Shown: one piece after another, positions 8,070 through 17,708 of the stretch
How positions within the stretch are numbered: position 1 is the stretch's first letter
Layout: each line of letters begins with the position of its first letter
From: Calditrichia bacterium
GTDB taxonomy: Bacteria > Calditrichota > Calditrichia > RBG-13-44-9
Assembly (NCBI GenBank): GCA_049282375.1
Contig: JBAPTX010000022.1
Location: forward strand, 1-37,132
Direction: 5' to 3'
Length of the DNA stretch: 37,132 bases
The notes under the pieces: model-generated
Seen by the model: the letters and a program-made list of their open reading frames with translations, nothing else
What the model was told of the DNA's origin: nothing
Database searches by the model: none
Program-made: the position numbers and the translations under genes

Positions 8070-9797
8070 TCACTCCTTAAATTCATAAACTATTATTCGC
8101 GGCCCCGGCTTTAAAAAATCGGGTTCAAATGTTTTTACAGGTTCCAGACTGCTGAACACATTCCGGTAAAATCTTCTTTGCTGCAGGAATTGCCTCCGGA
8201 AGGGATTGGACACCGGCGGCGGCGGATTGTTCATAAATTTCTGGTAAGTTTCCTGATTTAAGATCAGCAGCCGGGCTCCTTCCTTTTTAATCTCCGCCAG
8301 TGTTTTATGCGGGTGCCGGAGGCTTTCGTATAAATAGGGATCCTGTTTTACCACGGTTTCAAAAGAAGGCGGCACCCTCGGATTCTGCAAATTCAGCAGG
8401 GGCAAAATAAACCGGTAATAATTCGGCTGATTTTTCAATTGTTTCAACTTTTCTCTGATCCCGGGTGACAGATACCGGCTGCCGGCGCCGTATTCGGCGA
8501 ACCGGTTCACATCAATCAAATTAAGGTCATAGTAATAATGGTCATAACAAATAACCGTTCCCGGTGAATAATGATCTATAATCCAGCGGGTGGTCAATTG
8601 CCGGGTATCCGTCTGTGTCCGCAGCAGATTTGTATAAAATATCCGCGGTGTCTGGATGATCAAAGCGGCAATTAACAGCCAATCAGCATAACGCCGGTAT
8701 GCTGGTTTTTCGCGAATCCGGTTCAGAAAAACAGCCATTAACAGGAGCAGCGCCGGAAAAATGACAAGTAAATAATCCAGCCCTTTCTTCTCCCGGCTGC
8801 CGACCAGCAGAAAAGTGGGAATTATAATCAGCAGCAGGGGTACTGATTTTCGATCGGCTTTAAATATACCGGCCAACATCGTTCCCATGAGGAGCAGTCC
8901 CAACAGCCATTCCGAAAAAATAATTTCCCGGATTTCCCAAAGAAAGGGTAACCCGGTGGTCAGGTTATAACTGAATTCAGACTGTGACCATATGGTCTGC
9001 AGCCCTTCCAAAAAGGAGCCGGGTGTAATGATCCAGTAGGGAGAACCGATTAAAAATCCGGTAATAATCAGAAAACCTGCGGATAATCCTTTGTTAAGTT
9101 TTATCCGTGCATTTGTTTCTGAAAGTACAATCGCCGCCAGCCAGCCAATGCTGAGAAATCCGGCAGTATATTTTGCAGAAATGGTCAATCCGCAAATCAG
9201 CGAACCGGTAATTAAGCGGCCCCAGCTTAAAGGACGGTGGGCGGCTTCGGAAATGAAGTACAGGACAAGGACTGTGCCCGAAATAACCGCGGCATCCGGC
9301 ACCATCCAGAAGGTAAAATTGTGTATATTGCTGCTCATCAACAGCAGAAGCGCCAGGATCAGTGCCGTTTTTTCGTCAACCCAGCGTCGCAGCAATCTGT
9401 AAAAAACCAGTACTGCAATAATAATGAGAACAGCATTGAGCATTCTTCCCAAAAGATAAAAAAGGGAAGGATCGGCAAAAAACTGCATGGCAAAATCTGA
9501 AGGTGCAGGAAAGTAATTCATTAGATGCCCGGCAAAATAAAACAGCCCGTAAAAACCGGCGATCAGATACAGGTAGAGAGTGGGATAGATAAAATAAAGC
9601 GGTTCCAGGGTTTGCCGGGCGCCCAGACTCAGGGCCTGTTTGGCAATAAAATATTCAGTGGAGTTATAAGTGGCGGGCAGCCCGTAACCAATTCCCCACA
9701 AGCGCAGCAATAATGCCGCTCCCAGCAGGAAGATCAGATAGTGTTTGTCGCGGGCGGAATAGTATTTCCGGACTGTTTGCACGTTTGGATTATTCAT
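8070..9797 (-). CDS. Polytopic membrane glycosyltransferase, ArnT/PMT-like (GT39/GT83-type, PMT_2-like)
   Basis: 575 aa with about 12 hydrophobic segments. The N-terminal LRLWGIGYGLPATYNSTEYFIAKQAL loop resembles the first periplasmic loop of ArnT/PMT enzymes. Has a soluble C-terminal domain of about 150 aa and overlaps the upstream GT4 gene by 8 nt. Confidence 0.6.
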   Translation of the reverse strand: MNNPNVQTVRKYYSARDKHYLIFLLGAALLLRLWGIGYGLPATYNSTEYFIAKQALSLGARQTLEPLYFIYPTLYLYLIAGFYGLFYFAGHLMNYFPAPSDFAMQFFADPSLFYLLGRMLNAVLIIIAVLVFYRLLRRWVDEKTALILALLLLMSSNIHNFTFWMVPDAAVISGTVLVLYFISEAAHRPLSWGRLITGSLICGLTISAKYTAGFLSIGWLAAIVLSETNARIKLNKGLSAGFLIITGFLIGSPYWIITPGSFLEGLQTIWSQSEFSYNLTTGLPFLWEIREIIFSEWLLGLLLMGTMLAGIFKADRKSVPLLLIIIPTFLLVGSREKKGLDYLLVIFPALLLLMAVFLNRIREKPAYRRYADWLLIAALIIQTPRIFYTNLLRTQTDTRQLTTRWIIDHYSPGTVICYDHYYYDLNLIDVNRFAEYGAGSRYLSPGIREKLKQLKNQPNYYRFILPLLNLQNPRVPPSFETVVKQDPYLYESLRHPHKTLAEIKKEGARLLILNQETYQKFMNNPPPPVSNPFRRQFLQQRRFYRNVFSSLEPVKTFEPDFLKPGPRIIVYEFKE

Positions 9798-10959
9798 TCC
9801 TGTCAGAATTTAATTCCCGGTACAAATCCAGTAACAGCTGCTCCTGTTTTTCCCAGTTCCAGACCTGCCGGGCTTTTAAACAATTTTCATGTAATGCCTG
9901 CCATTTTTCCTCATCCAGCAGCAAAGTCCGGCAGGCTGCAGCAATTTCCGCTTCATCATCAGGATTCACCAGCAGGCCCACTTCAAACTCCTGCAAAAAA
10001 GACTCGAAAGTGGGGATGCGGGAGGCAACCACCGGCGTCCCTGCCATCACATATTCAAAAAATTTATTAGGCGAAGCAAATTTATAATTGGCGCCGGCGG
10101 GTTCAAACAATACCAGGCCTGCCCGGGCGGTTTCACTTTTTTCCAGCAAGCGGGTCACCGGCATTTTACCTGCAAAAATTACTTTTGTTTGAAGTGAAAG
10201 GCCATTTACAAGACGCTCCAGTTCCTTTTCCAATTCACCAAACCCCACCAAAGTCAAAATGCCGCCTTCCACCTGCTGCATGGCGCGGATTAGCTGCGGC
10301 AGTCCCCGCGCCGGTTTAAAAATTCCCTGGAACAGCAGGCCGGCATTCCGCTGCCGGAAGGTGAGCCTCCCGATTTCACTATTCAGTTCGGGCAAATTCA
10401 TTATCACAGCAGGTTCATTTATAAAAGGGTATGTTTTCCGGAACAGCTCTTTATGAAAACCATTAATGACCACAATTTTTGCGGCTATCCGGATAAACAG
10501 CCATTCCGCAAACCGCCAGATCATGCGGGAAAAGGGTTTATGGCGGAGAATCTCCAGCCCACGGTAGTATTCGTGAGCATCATAAATCAGCTTTGAACGG
10601 CTCAAAAGTACAGCCGTGCCGCAGGCAGGAAGGACCCACAGATCATGTGCATGAATAATACCGGATTTGCAGCGTTGTAACCGCCAAAATAATTTCAGGT
10701 TAAAAAACAGAAACATAAAGGGGCCGCCGCTGTTTCTTCGCAGAGGAATCCGCCGGATCAGATATCCATCCCGGATTTCCTCCGCGGCAATTCCCTCCAG
10801 TTTACGGGCAAGTATCTGCACCTGCCATCCGGCACGCACGGCGCTGCGGGCCTGATTAAAAATGCGGCGTTCATTATCACAGGGGCTAATTGTGGCGTGA
10901 GTGATCGTTCCGTTGTTGCTCCGCATCATCCTTCCGGTTTGGTTGACCTGTTCTTTCAT
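9790..10959 (-). CDS. Glycosyltransferase family 4 (GT-B, group 1)
   Basis: 389 aa. C-terminal LVLFEPAGANYKFASPNKFFEYVMAGTPVVAS resembles the GT4 E-x7-E region. ATGA 4-nt overlap with the upstream gene. Confidence 0.75.
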   Translation of the reverse strand: MKEQVNQTGRMMRSNNGTITHATISPCDNERRIFNQARSAVRAGWQVQILARKLEGIAAEEIRDGYLIRRIPLRRNSGGPFMFLFFNLKLFWRLQRCKSGIIHAHDLWVLPACGTAVLLSRSKLIYDAHEYYRGLEILRHKPFSRMIWRFAEWLFIRIAAKIVVINGFHKELFRKTYPFINEPAVIMNLPELNSEIGRLTFRQRNAGLLFQGIFKPARGLPQLIRAMQQVEGGILTLVGFGELEKELERLVNGLSLQTKVIFAGKMPVTRLLEKSETARAGLVLFEPAGANYKFASPNKFFEYVMAGTPVVASRIPTFESFLQEFEVGLLVNPDDEAEIAAACRTLLLDEEKWQALHENCLKARQVWNWEKQEQLLLDLYRELNSDRNE

Positions 10960-12398
10960 GCATTATTCTGCAGGTTCAGCATCACCCGGTTTTGGCCACT
11001 CTGCAAATGCGGGCAGGTTATAAGCCACTGCCTTTCGTCAAACTTTTTCACCTCTGCCGATTCTGCAGTCACATGTTTGTCATTTTCCAACAGCAGGTGA
11101 AAAGAAAGGCCATCCACCGGACAACCGCTTGACAGTATGAATTCCAATACTTCTTCTCCGGCACGAAAGCCGGAAAGCTGAACCTGTTCCCGGCACCGCC
11201 GCCATTCCACCAGGTCATTCAGTGTTCCTGTATGAACAGTTTGCCCATCCAGCCACTGCATCATTTCATCCCAGTAGGGGCGGAAAAGCGGTTCTGCCAG
11301 ATTACTGGGATGCCACAGCAGATTCAGCAATCCTGCCGTCTTCTTTGTTTTATCCGCAACTGCTTTGAATTTTTCAAGTTTGCGTTCCATACTGCCGGCA
11401 CTTTCAAGTAAGGCATATTCCATCACAATCAGCGGAGCTTCGTAAATTTGATAGACTTCATTCTTTTGAATATCAAAGGGCTGATAGGGCAGACTGCTGC
11501 CGGCCCGGAATCCCATTATATTGTTAAAACCGCAGGATGAATCATAAAAGAAACCTTCCTGTTCAAAGCGCTTCCAGGCCCGGGGAAATTCCAGCTTTAA
11601 ATAATGCTGGCGCACACCTTTTATGTCTGCACCTGCTGCTTTACTCAACCGGCGGAACTCATTGCCGATCCGCCGGGGAAACTGAAAAGCTTCTTTGCTG
11701 GTATGCAGTGCCGCTTCGTGGCCATCCGCCCCAAGCGCCTTTAATAAATCCCGGAATGACTTTGAGTCTACATTGTAACGGTAACTGCTGCCTTCCCACT
11801 CCCTTGCCAGGAAAAAAAAGGTAGCCTTGCGGTTCTTCCTGCGGTGAAACTGCAGCAGTTCAGTGAAATTCCAATAGGGATTATCTCCACTGAAAAGCGC
11901 GGCGGCTGTTTGGAGCAGTCTTTTTCCATTACCTGCCAGGGCAGATTTCAGCAAGCCTTTTGCCCCATATTTACGGGTCAGATCCACATCATGGGTTATT
12001 GCGGCTGCAAATGGCTTATTCTCCGGCCAGGGTTGTTTTATCAGCAGGGGCTGTTTACTGTTTAGCGCGCATTGCCGCACAGCCTGTGCAGTATCCCGGA
12101 CCCACTCGTCCACAACCGGGTCTGCAAACGGATCGGCATTTTCCGCCCGGGAGAAGGTATTCCTGCATTCCAGAATCTGCATCATTTTTTTCAGATAATT
12201 TTGGGAGAGGATTACCATTCCATTTTTTAACTGAACAGGAGGACTGCCCTCCGGCCGATCTTCAATTTTCAAATGGATCAGACCCGCTTCCGGTTTTTCA
12301 CTGCGGAAGAAACCTGCATTATGCGAACAGATATCCACCATCCGCAAAAAGCAGGCGTTGTGTTTTTCTGACTCCGGTATATCCCAGAATACCTTCAT
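10956..12398 (-). CDS. Putative polysaccharide deacetylase-like (CE4/NodB-related) protein with an extra C-terminal domain
   Basis: 480 aa. The motif order ITHDVD ... GHEAALH ... VRQHYL ... YDSS ... LWHPSN resembles the metal-binding and catalytic motifs of CE4-type deacetylases. Family assignment is by eye only. Confidence 0.5.
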   Translation of the reverse strand: MKVFWDIPESEKHNACFLRMVDICSHNAGFFRSEKPEAGLIHLKIEDRPEGSPPVQLKNGMVILSQNYLKKMMQILECRNTFSRAENADPFADPVVDEWVRDTAQAVRQCALNSKQPLLIKQPWPENKPFAAAITHDVDLTRKYGAKGLLKSALAGNGKRLLQTAAALFSGDNPYWNFTELLQFHRRKNRKATFFFLAREWEGSSYRYNVDSKSFRDLLKALGADGHEAALHTSKEAFQFPRRIGNEFRRLSKAAGADIKGVRQHYLKLEFPRAWKRFEQEGFFYDSSCGFNNIMGFRAGSSLPYQPFDIQKNEVYQIYEAPLIVMEYALLESAGSMERKLEKFKAVADKTKKTAGLLNLLWHPSNLAEPLFRPYWDEMMQWLDGQTVHTGTLNDLVEWRRCREQVQLSGFRAGEEVLEFILSSGCPVDGLSFHLLLENDKHVTAESAEVKKFDERQWLITCPHLQSGQNRVMLNLQNNA

Positions 12399-12515
12399 AA
12401 AAAACTGCCCGGCCGTGTTTGAATTAATTTAAAGGTGATTTTTAAAAACATGCTTTCCGGAAAATTGCAAAGGTATCGATCAATATTTATTCGGGGAAAG
12501 GCGGGTCATCTGACC

Positions 12516-13454
12516 TCAGCCGGACTTCACCACCTTTTTCTTTTTCAGGCTGTTAAGTATTTCTTCCAGACGGTCTTCGGTCCATTCCCGGTTGCGGAAA
12601 TCGAGTATTCCATAAATAATCTGATTCTTTTTAGCGAGCAGGGTTTTTCCCCATATCGGCTCATCCACTACATAAAAATCAGTGGTAATCCGTAAAGAGT
12701 CATAAACAACGGCGCCGTTATCTCTCATAAATGTATAATAGCGCCAGAAATTACTGTCCGCTGTTGCCGTGGAATGGCTGTTGATAATAAAAATACGGGA
12801 ATATCCCTGGCTGGTATAATAATCCGCATAATATATATTGTCAAAGTAATCCTGGTCCAGCCAGCGATGAGCATAAAATTTAGCCGAATGGGCTACCCGG
12901 TTCCGGTCCGGCAGGGCATCCATTACCGGGGTATTCCTCTTCCGCTCCGGCAAAGCACGCACAATCTCTCGTACTAAATTCTTGTCTGATTCCTGCAGTG
13001 CCGCCACTGTATCTGCCGATTCACAAATGATAACCAAATCACCATACCAGGTGTAAAACCGGGAGCCGGAACGGTAGGATTCAAACCCCACATCAAAAAA
13101 ATATTCCGAGGGGGATTTTTCAATACTGTAGAGCCCGAATGCCTGGGGTTGTGAGGCCGCTTGATAAACCATAAGCCTGAGCACCAGACTATCCTTTATT
13201 TTCAGAAAATTATGCCGGTAGCCAACCTGAATCCGGTATTCCGCCAGATATTCGGCGATATCCGTCCCGACTTCCAGCAGGTCACGCCCCATCAGCAGTA
13301 ACGGTTCGCCCACAGACCGCCACTCTTTTTTCTGGCTGATTTTCTCACAAACCCGCTGAAAAGGCAATTCTGCTTCCTGTGGCTGTAAGGGTAAACCGCT
13401 TCCCGTCCGCACAGTTATCGTAAACAATAAAAGTAAAAAGGTGAATTTAAACAT
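12516..13454 (-). CDS. Hypothetical secreted protein
   Basis: 312 aa with signal peptide MFKFTFLLLLFTITVRTGSG. No motif recognised. It lies 12 nt downstream of bshC on the same strand. Confidence 0.6.
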   Translation of the reverse strand: MFKFTFLLLLFTITVRTGSGLPLQPQEAELPFQRVCEKISQKKEWRSVGEPLLLMGRDLLEVGTDIAEYLAEYRIQVGYRHNFLKIKDSLVLRLMVYQAASQPQAFGLYSIEKSPSEYFFDVGFESYRSGSRFYTWYGDLVIICESADTVAALQESDKNLVREIVRALPERKRNTPVMDALPDRNRVAHSAKFYAHRWLDQDYFDNIYYADYYTSQGYSRIFIINSHSTATADSNFWRYYTFMRDNGAVVYDSLRITTDFYVVDEPIWGKTLLAKKNQIIYGILDFRNREWTEDRLEEILNSLKKKKVVKSG

Positions 13455-13466
13455 GAGACTTTCCGT

Positions 13467-15095
13467 TCAAATCAATACAACCAGATGCTCTTCCACCTCA
13501 AGCTCAACGGCCATGGACAGGCGTTCGAAAAAATCCGGGCCGTATCGCGCTGTGAAATAGAGCGGATTAAACACCCGCTCCTGGGGCTTCTTCAGCGGGA
13601 AAAAATGGTTCTGCACCCTTTCAACCTGCTGCACCTGAATATCCATACGGCGTTTTACCGCCTCATCCACTTTTTGACGGAGCTTTTCCAGCGACTGCTC
13701 CATATGTTTTCCCGTTTTGTCTATACCGGATTTTAAGGTCTGATCAATGTCCAGCAGCTCTTTCCGCAGCCCGTTCAATCCGTTATTCAAAAGATGATGC
13801 ATATGCGCAAATAACTCTTCCACCTGACGCCCGGATTCGGTGTGGACAAAATTATCCACCAACTCTCCCGGAGCCTGGAATAGATATTCAAAACCAATAT
13901 TATATTTTTCCATTATGCGGTGAATTTTGCCTTCCAGCAGGGTCAGGCGCATTCTTGGGAAAAAAACAGGCATGTTTACTTCCAGCACTTCATAAACAGG
14001 TTTCAGTTGGGCGGCATAACTGATTTCTGAAGGACCCGCCACATAAGCAGCCGTTGGCAGCAGGAAATCCTGCAGTACCGGCCGCAGCGCCACATTGGGA
14101 GAAAACCGTCCGGGATTTTTCTCAATTTCGGCAAGCAGGTCATCCTGCGTTAAAGTCTCCCCTTTTCCCGCCCGGAAATTATTACCGTTAAAATCCAGCC
14201 GCTGGCGCTGCTGATCCTTTGTTTCCATAAATAAAAGGGTTTGATCTTCGTTGAGGTGAATCTGCCGGTGATAATTATTTTGCTGCAATGCATTTCTCAC
14301 TGATTCATACCCGGAATAAAGCTCCTCCCGGCGGAGCAGCGCTTTTTTATAAAGCGGGGCTGATAACCGCTGCACTTCTTCGGCCATGGGATTAAAAAGA
14401 ATCAGTCCCTGATTTCCCAATAATTCATTCAGCCGGCGGGCAAAGGCATCGCTGAAAGTGGTGCCCGGCTTATATAATTCCTGAAGCTTGTTCAGCAGCC
14501 CATCACGGAATTCGCTGGGCGGCAGGGCATCCGGCAATTCCCGGAATATTCCGGAAATTTCGGCGGGAATTTTACGGCGGAAAACAGGCTTCTTATCTTC
14601 GGGATTATCCGGCAACTGATATGAATCAATTTCATTCTTCATATTCATTAAATGAAACTGATTGATTTCAGCAAAATCACTGTCGCCCACCTCCAGCCAG
14701 AAAACGGGAACAAACTGATAATCCGGATATTGTTCTTCTAATTTTTCGGCCAGTTTTATGGTTGTGATTGATTTATAAATGGTGTAAAGCGGCCCTCCGA
14801 AAAGGCCTGCCTGTTGACCGGTCACAACCGCCATCGTTTTCTGACTGCACAGCTTTTCAATATTGTCTATTGTTTTGGAACCGGCATTCCATCTTTTATT
14901 TTGCTGAAGAATCAACGGTTGTATTTCCTTCCGCAGGAAGTATTGTTGCTTGCGGAGCTGCAGGCAACTTTCCAGGTTTTCCCGAAAATCAAATGAATAA
15001 AACTGCCCGACCCGGCTGTAGTGGTGCAGGTAATCTTCAAATATAGCCGGTTCTTCCTTCAGTGGGATAGAATGGATCTCAAATGATTCTGTCAT
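13467..15095 (-). CDS. bshC: Bacillithiol biosynthesis cysteine-adding enzyme BshC
   Basis: 542 aa, the length expected for BshC/YllA. Contains the characteristic VVTGQQAGLFGGPLYTIYK motif. Confidence 0.8.
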   Translation of the reverse strand: MTESFEIHSIPLKEEPAIFEDYLHHYSRVGQFYSFDFRENLESCLQLRKQQYFLRKEIQPLILQQNKRWNAGSKTIDNIEKLCSQKTMAVVTGQQAGLFGGPLYTIYKSITTIKLAEKLEEQYPDYQFVPVFWLEVGDSDFAEINQFHLMNMKNEIDSYQLPDNPEDKKPVFRRKIPAEISGIFRELPDALPPSEFRDGLLNKLQELYKPGTTFSDAFARRLNELLGNQGLILFNPMAEEVQRLSAPLYKKALLRREELYSGYESVRNALQQNNYHRQIHLNEDQTLLFMETKDQQRQRLDFNGNNFRAGKGETLTQDDLLAEIEKNPGRFSPNVALRPVLQDFLLPTAAYVAGPSEISYAAQLKPVYEVLEVNMPVFFPRMRLTLLEGKIHRIMEKYNIGFEYLFQAPGELVDNFVHTESGRQVEELFAHMHHLLNNGLNGLRKELLDIDQTLKSGIDKTGKHMEQSLEKLRQKVDEAVKRRMDIQVQQVERVQNHFFPLKKPQERVFNPLYFTARYGPDFFERLSMAVELEVEEHLVVLI

Positions 15096-15112
15096 TCACT
15101 GCCGCCAATCCT

Positions 15113-16387
15113 TTAAAAATGAAGCTCTAAATTTTTCCCGGCATAAACTTTAAGCGGGCGATCCTGTGCTAACATCATTCCCTTTTTATCAACTAAATTT
15201 ATATAATGCTGTCCCGGCGAAACCGGCAACTGGCGCAGCGGCGCAACCACCGGCAAAATTTCTCCATCCAGCACAACCGCCGCTCCTGGCCTGGTGCTGC
15301 GAACATTTAAATTGAGATTTTTTTCCTGCTCTTCCATACGAAATACCAGCAATCTTTTCTCACCGGCTTTTACCTGCACCAGAATACTGTCAGGGCGGCA
15401 ACGGAAGCCATTTTCCCGCAGAGAAACCTCGTAAATACCGGTGCGCACCGGCAGCATATCACCCACCGCCTTCATCCCGCTGTAATCATCATCTAAATAA
15501 ATGCTTCCCCGGAAAAGATTATTGGAAATTTGCAAGTAACCAATTTCGGATTCCGGTAACAACTGAAAACTGACTGCCGTGGTATCATCTGCCGGAATCA
15601 GTTTCCGCTGGAAAGAAGGCTCTGCAATATACCCTTCTTTTAAAACCATAAAAGTATGATATCCTGCGGTCACCTGCACCATTCCATTTTGATCTGCCTT
15701 TTGATGAACGCCATCAACAAAAACCCGGTAGCCGTTGGCATTAACCTGAATTTTTGCGCTTCCGGCAAGACTGGCACTTTTCAGTTCAAAAGAGATAATG
15801 GTGGTGCTTTTTTCAACAACCGTAGCAAGGCGCATGGGCGGATAAGCCTGAAATCCTTCTTTGTAAAGTGATACATAGTGTCTGCCTGTTTCCACATTCC
15901 GGAGTGTATCCGGCACCTGCTGGTTCAGTCTTTTTCCATCCAGAAAAATAACAGCACCGGGTAAATTACTCTTTATCAGCAGCTTGCCGCGGGCGGGAGG
16001 TTTAAATGGATTGTAATAGTAGAGAAAGCCAAAAAGCAAAAGTGCCGCGCCGATCAAAGCAATATTCACGATATAGGTTTTGTATAATTTCCGGGAATGG
16101 CGGCTGTGACGGGAAGACCCCGACCTTTTACGCCTGCTCTCCTTTATTTCATCCGGCCGGCGCCACTCCCTTTGCCCATAGTGATTAATATATTCTTCGT
16201 ACCCCCGTTCACGGTAAAAACGCTCTTCTTCCTCCGCTTTAATTTTGGCACGCATTCTTTCTTCCAACTGCCGGCGCTTTTCCTCCTGCTGCAGCTCCCG
16301 GCTTTCCACCTCACGTCGCTCTCTTTCCTCCAGGCGGCGGCGGATTTCATCTCTTAATTTTTGTTCTTCTTCGGGATTCAACGGCAT
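15113..16387 (-). CDS. PEGA domain-containing membrane protein with a highly charged (E/R/K-rich) cytoplasmic N-terminus
   Basis: 424 aa. About 95 aa of ER-rich, coiled-coil-like sequence, then one TM segment (IVNIALIGAALLLFGFLYYY), then repeated PEGA-like units (PGAVIFLDGK...GRHYVSLYKEGF; VFVDGV...GYHTFMVLKEGY). Confidence 0.7.
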   Translation of the reverse strand: MPLNPEEEQKLRDEIRRRLEERERREVESRELQQEEKRRQLEERMRAKIKAEEEERFYRERGYEEYINHYGQREWRRPDEIKESRRKRSGSSRHSRHSRKLYKTYIVNIALIGAALLLFGFLYYYNPFKPPARGKLLIKSNLPGAVIFLDGKRLNQQVPDTLRNVETGRHYVSLYKEGFQAYPPMRLATVVEKSTTIISFELKSASLAGSAKIQVNANGYRVFVDGVHQKADQNGMVQVTAGYHTFMVLKEGYIAEPSFQRKLIPADDTTAVSFQLLPESEIGYLQISNNLFRGSIYLDDDYSGMKAVGDMLPVRTGIYEVSLRENGFRCRPDSILVQVKAGEKRLLVFRMEEQEKNLNLNVRSTRPGAAVVLDGEILPVVAPLRQLPVSPGQHYINLVDKKGMMLAQDRPLKVYAGKNLELHF

Positions 16388-16414
16388 GAAACTACCTGTT
16401 ATTTCTTAAAAAAA

Positions 16415-17398
16415 CTAAAGCCATCCGGCTTTTTTATACCAGTCTATGGTGTTTTCCATTCCTTTTACCAGCGGGAAGCGGGTCTCATAACCAAAGTGCT
16501 CCTGCGCTTTTGAAGGATCAACGACCCAATTTTCCTGATTAATTTCCTGCATCTTCTGCCGGTTTAAAATGGAAGGTTTTTTGCGGTATCTGGAATACTG
16601 CTCAATTCCCCAGGCCGCTCCCTTAACCAGCGGCAGCGGAAAACGTACCGTCCAGTACTTCTTCTGCATTATACGGGCGGAAAGCGCCGCCACCTGAGAC
16701 CAATAGAAAGGCCTGTCATCGCAGATAAAATAGGTTTCACCGGGGGTATAGTCACTTAGTGCCGCCTGCATAATACCACGTGCCAGATCCTCCACATAAA
16801 CCAGGCTGACCAGTTGGTCCAGCTTACCGACCTGCAGATTCAATCCCTTCTGAATATTTTTGAAAAATATCAGCACATCGGTATCCCGGGGGCCATATAC
16901 TACCGGCGGCCGCACGATAGTGAGCGGCAGTTCAGCCATATACTCACGGGCCAGCAATTCAGCCTCCATTTTGCTTTTTCCGTAATCGGTCAGCGGAGCA
17001 AACGGGGCGCTTTCATCCAGCGGCTGCATGGGAGTGGAGGGCCCCACAGCCGCCTGGCTGCTTACCAGCAGAAAAGATTTCAATTTCGAATTTACCGCCC
17101 GAATTGTCTCGAGTAACAGCCGGGTGGCCTCAACATTCCCCTGATAGTACTCCTGACGATCCGCAGCTTTGGTTACACCTGCAACATGGATGACCCGGTC
17201 CGCCGACTCCACTGCTTTTCGGTAGCTCTCCGGATTTAATAATTCCCCTTCATTAATTTTTACAGGAAGGTTTTCTAACCAGCGCAAATTGCTGGTGGAA
17301 CGCACCAGACAGGTCACACGATGTTTGTTTTTAATGAGTGCTTCCGCCACAAAACTGCCGACAAAACCGGTAGCGCCTGTTAAAAATATGTTTGCCAT
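16415..17398 (-). CDS. NAD(P)-dependent epimerase/dehydratase-family (extended SDR) protein
   Basis: 327 aa. N-terminal Rossmann motif FLTGATGFVGSFV and a YGKSK catalytic Y-x3-K. Confidence 0.85.
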   Translation of the reverse strand: MANIFLTGATGFVGSFVAEALIKNKHRVTCLVRSTSNLRWLENLPVKINEGELLNPESYRKAVESADRVIHVAGVTKAADRQEYYQGNVEATRLLLETIRAVNSKLKSFLLVSSQAAVGPSTPMQPLDESAPFAPLTDYGKSKMEAELLAREYMAELPLTIVRPPVVYGPRDTDVLIFFKNIQKGLNLQVGKLDQLVSLVYVEDLARGIMQAALSDYTPGETYFICDDRPFYWSQVAALSARIMQKKYWTVRFPLPLVKGAAWGIEQYSRYRKKPSILNRQKMQEINQENWVVDPSKAQEHFGYETRFPLVKGMENTIDWYKKAGWL

Positions 17399-17708
17399 AA
17401 ATTCCAGTGTTCAGCTTAAATTAACGGTTTTAAATTTCTAAAATATTTAGAGGGATTCCAAACTGAAAGTGCTTTGCCCAAAGGCAGACTGGAAAATTTG
17501 GAATAAAGGATGAATTACAGTTAAAATGATTTTCAGGATCTGTGTTAGGAATGACCCGATAATTGACTTAAATCTCTGTTTGATTTTACTATCCCTGATT
17601 TTTATTTTGGCGTCATTCTAATTCTGCCGCCTCCTGCAGCAGAAAAAGCGCTTTACAAATCAGTATCAATATCTTATTATTTGGGTTTTAAACTGAAAAG
17701 AAGAAGTC

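Noticed and set aside
9790-12398. GT4 plus deacetylase as bshA/bshB partners of the nearby bshC
   Set aside because: BshB belongs to the LmbE/PIG-L family, whereas this 480-aa protein shows a CE4-like motif order. The pair is separated from bshC by an unrelated secreted-protein gene and a 117-nt gap. It is instead translationally coupled to an ArnT-like membrane glycosyltransferase.
9713-12400. Several plus-strand ORFs of 60-146 aa (e.g. 9713..10087, 9741..10070, 11537..11824, 11960..12400) opposite the GT4 and deacetylase genes
   Set aside because: They overlap each other and strong minus-strand genes. Their composition (Pro/Ser/Arg/Cys-rich) is typical of antisense frames.
17399-17708. SAM or THF riboswitch in front of metF
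   Set aside because: I could not find the conserved cores of SAM-I, SAM-II or THF riboswitches by eye. Only a generic nested hairpin is present, reported separately at low interest. An Infernal scan is needed to decide.
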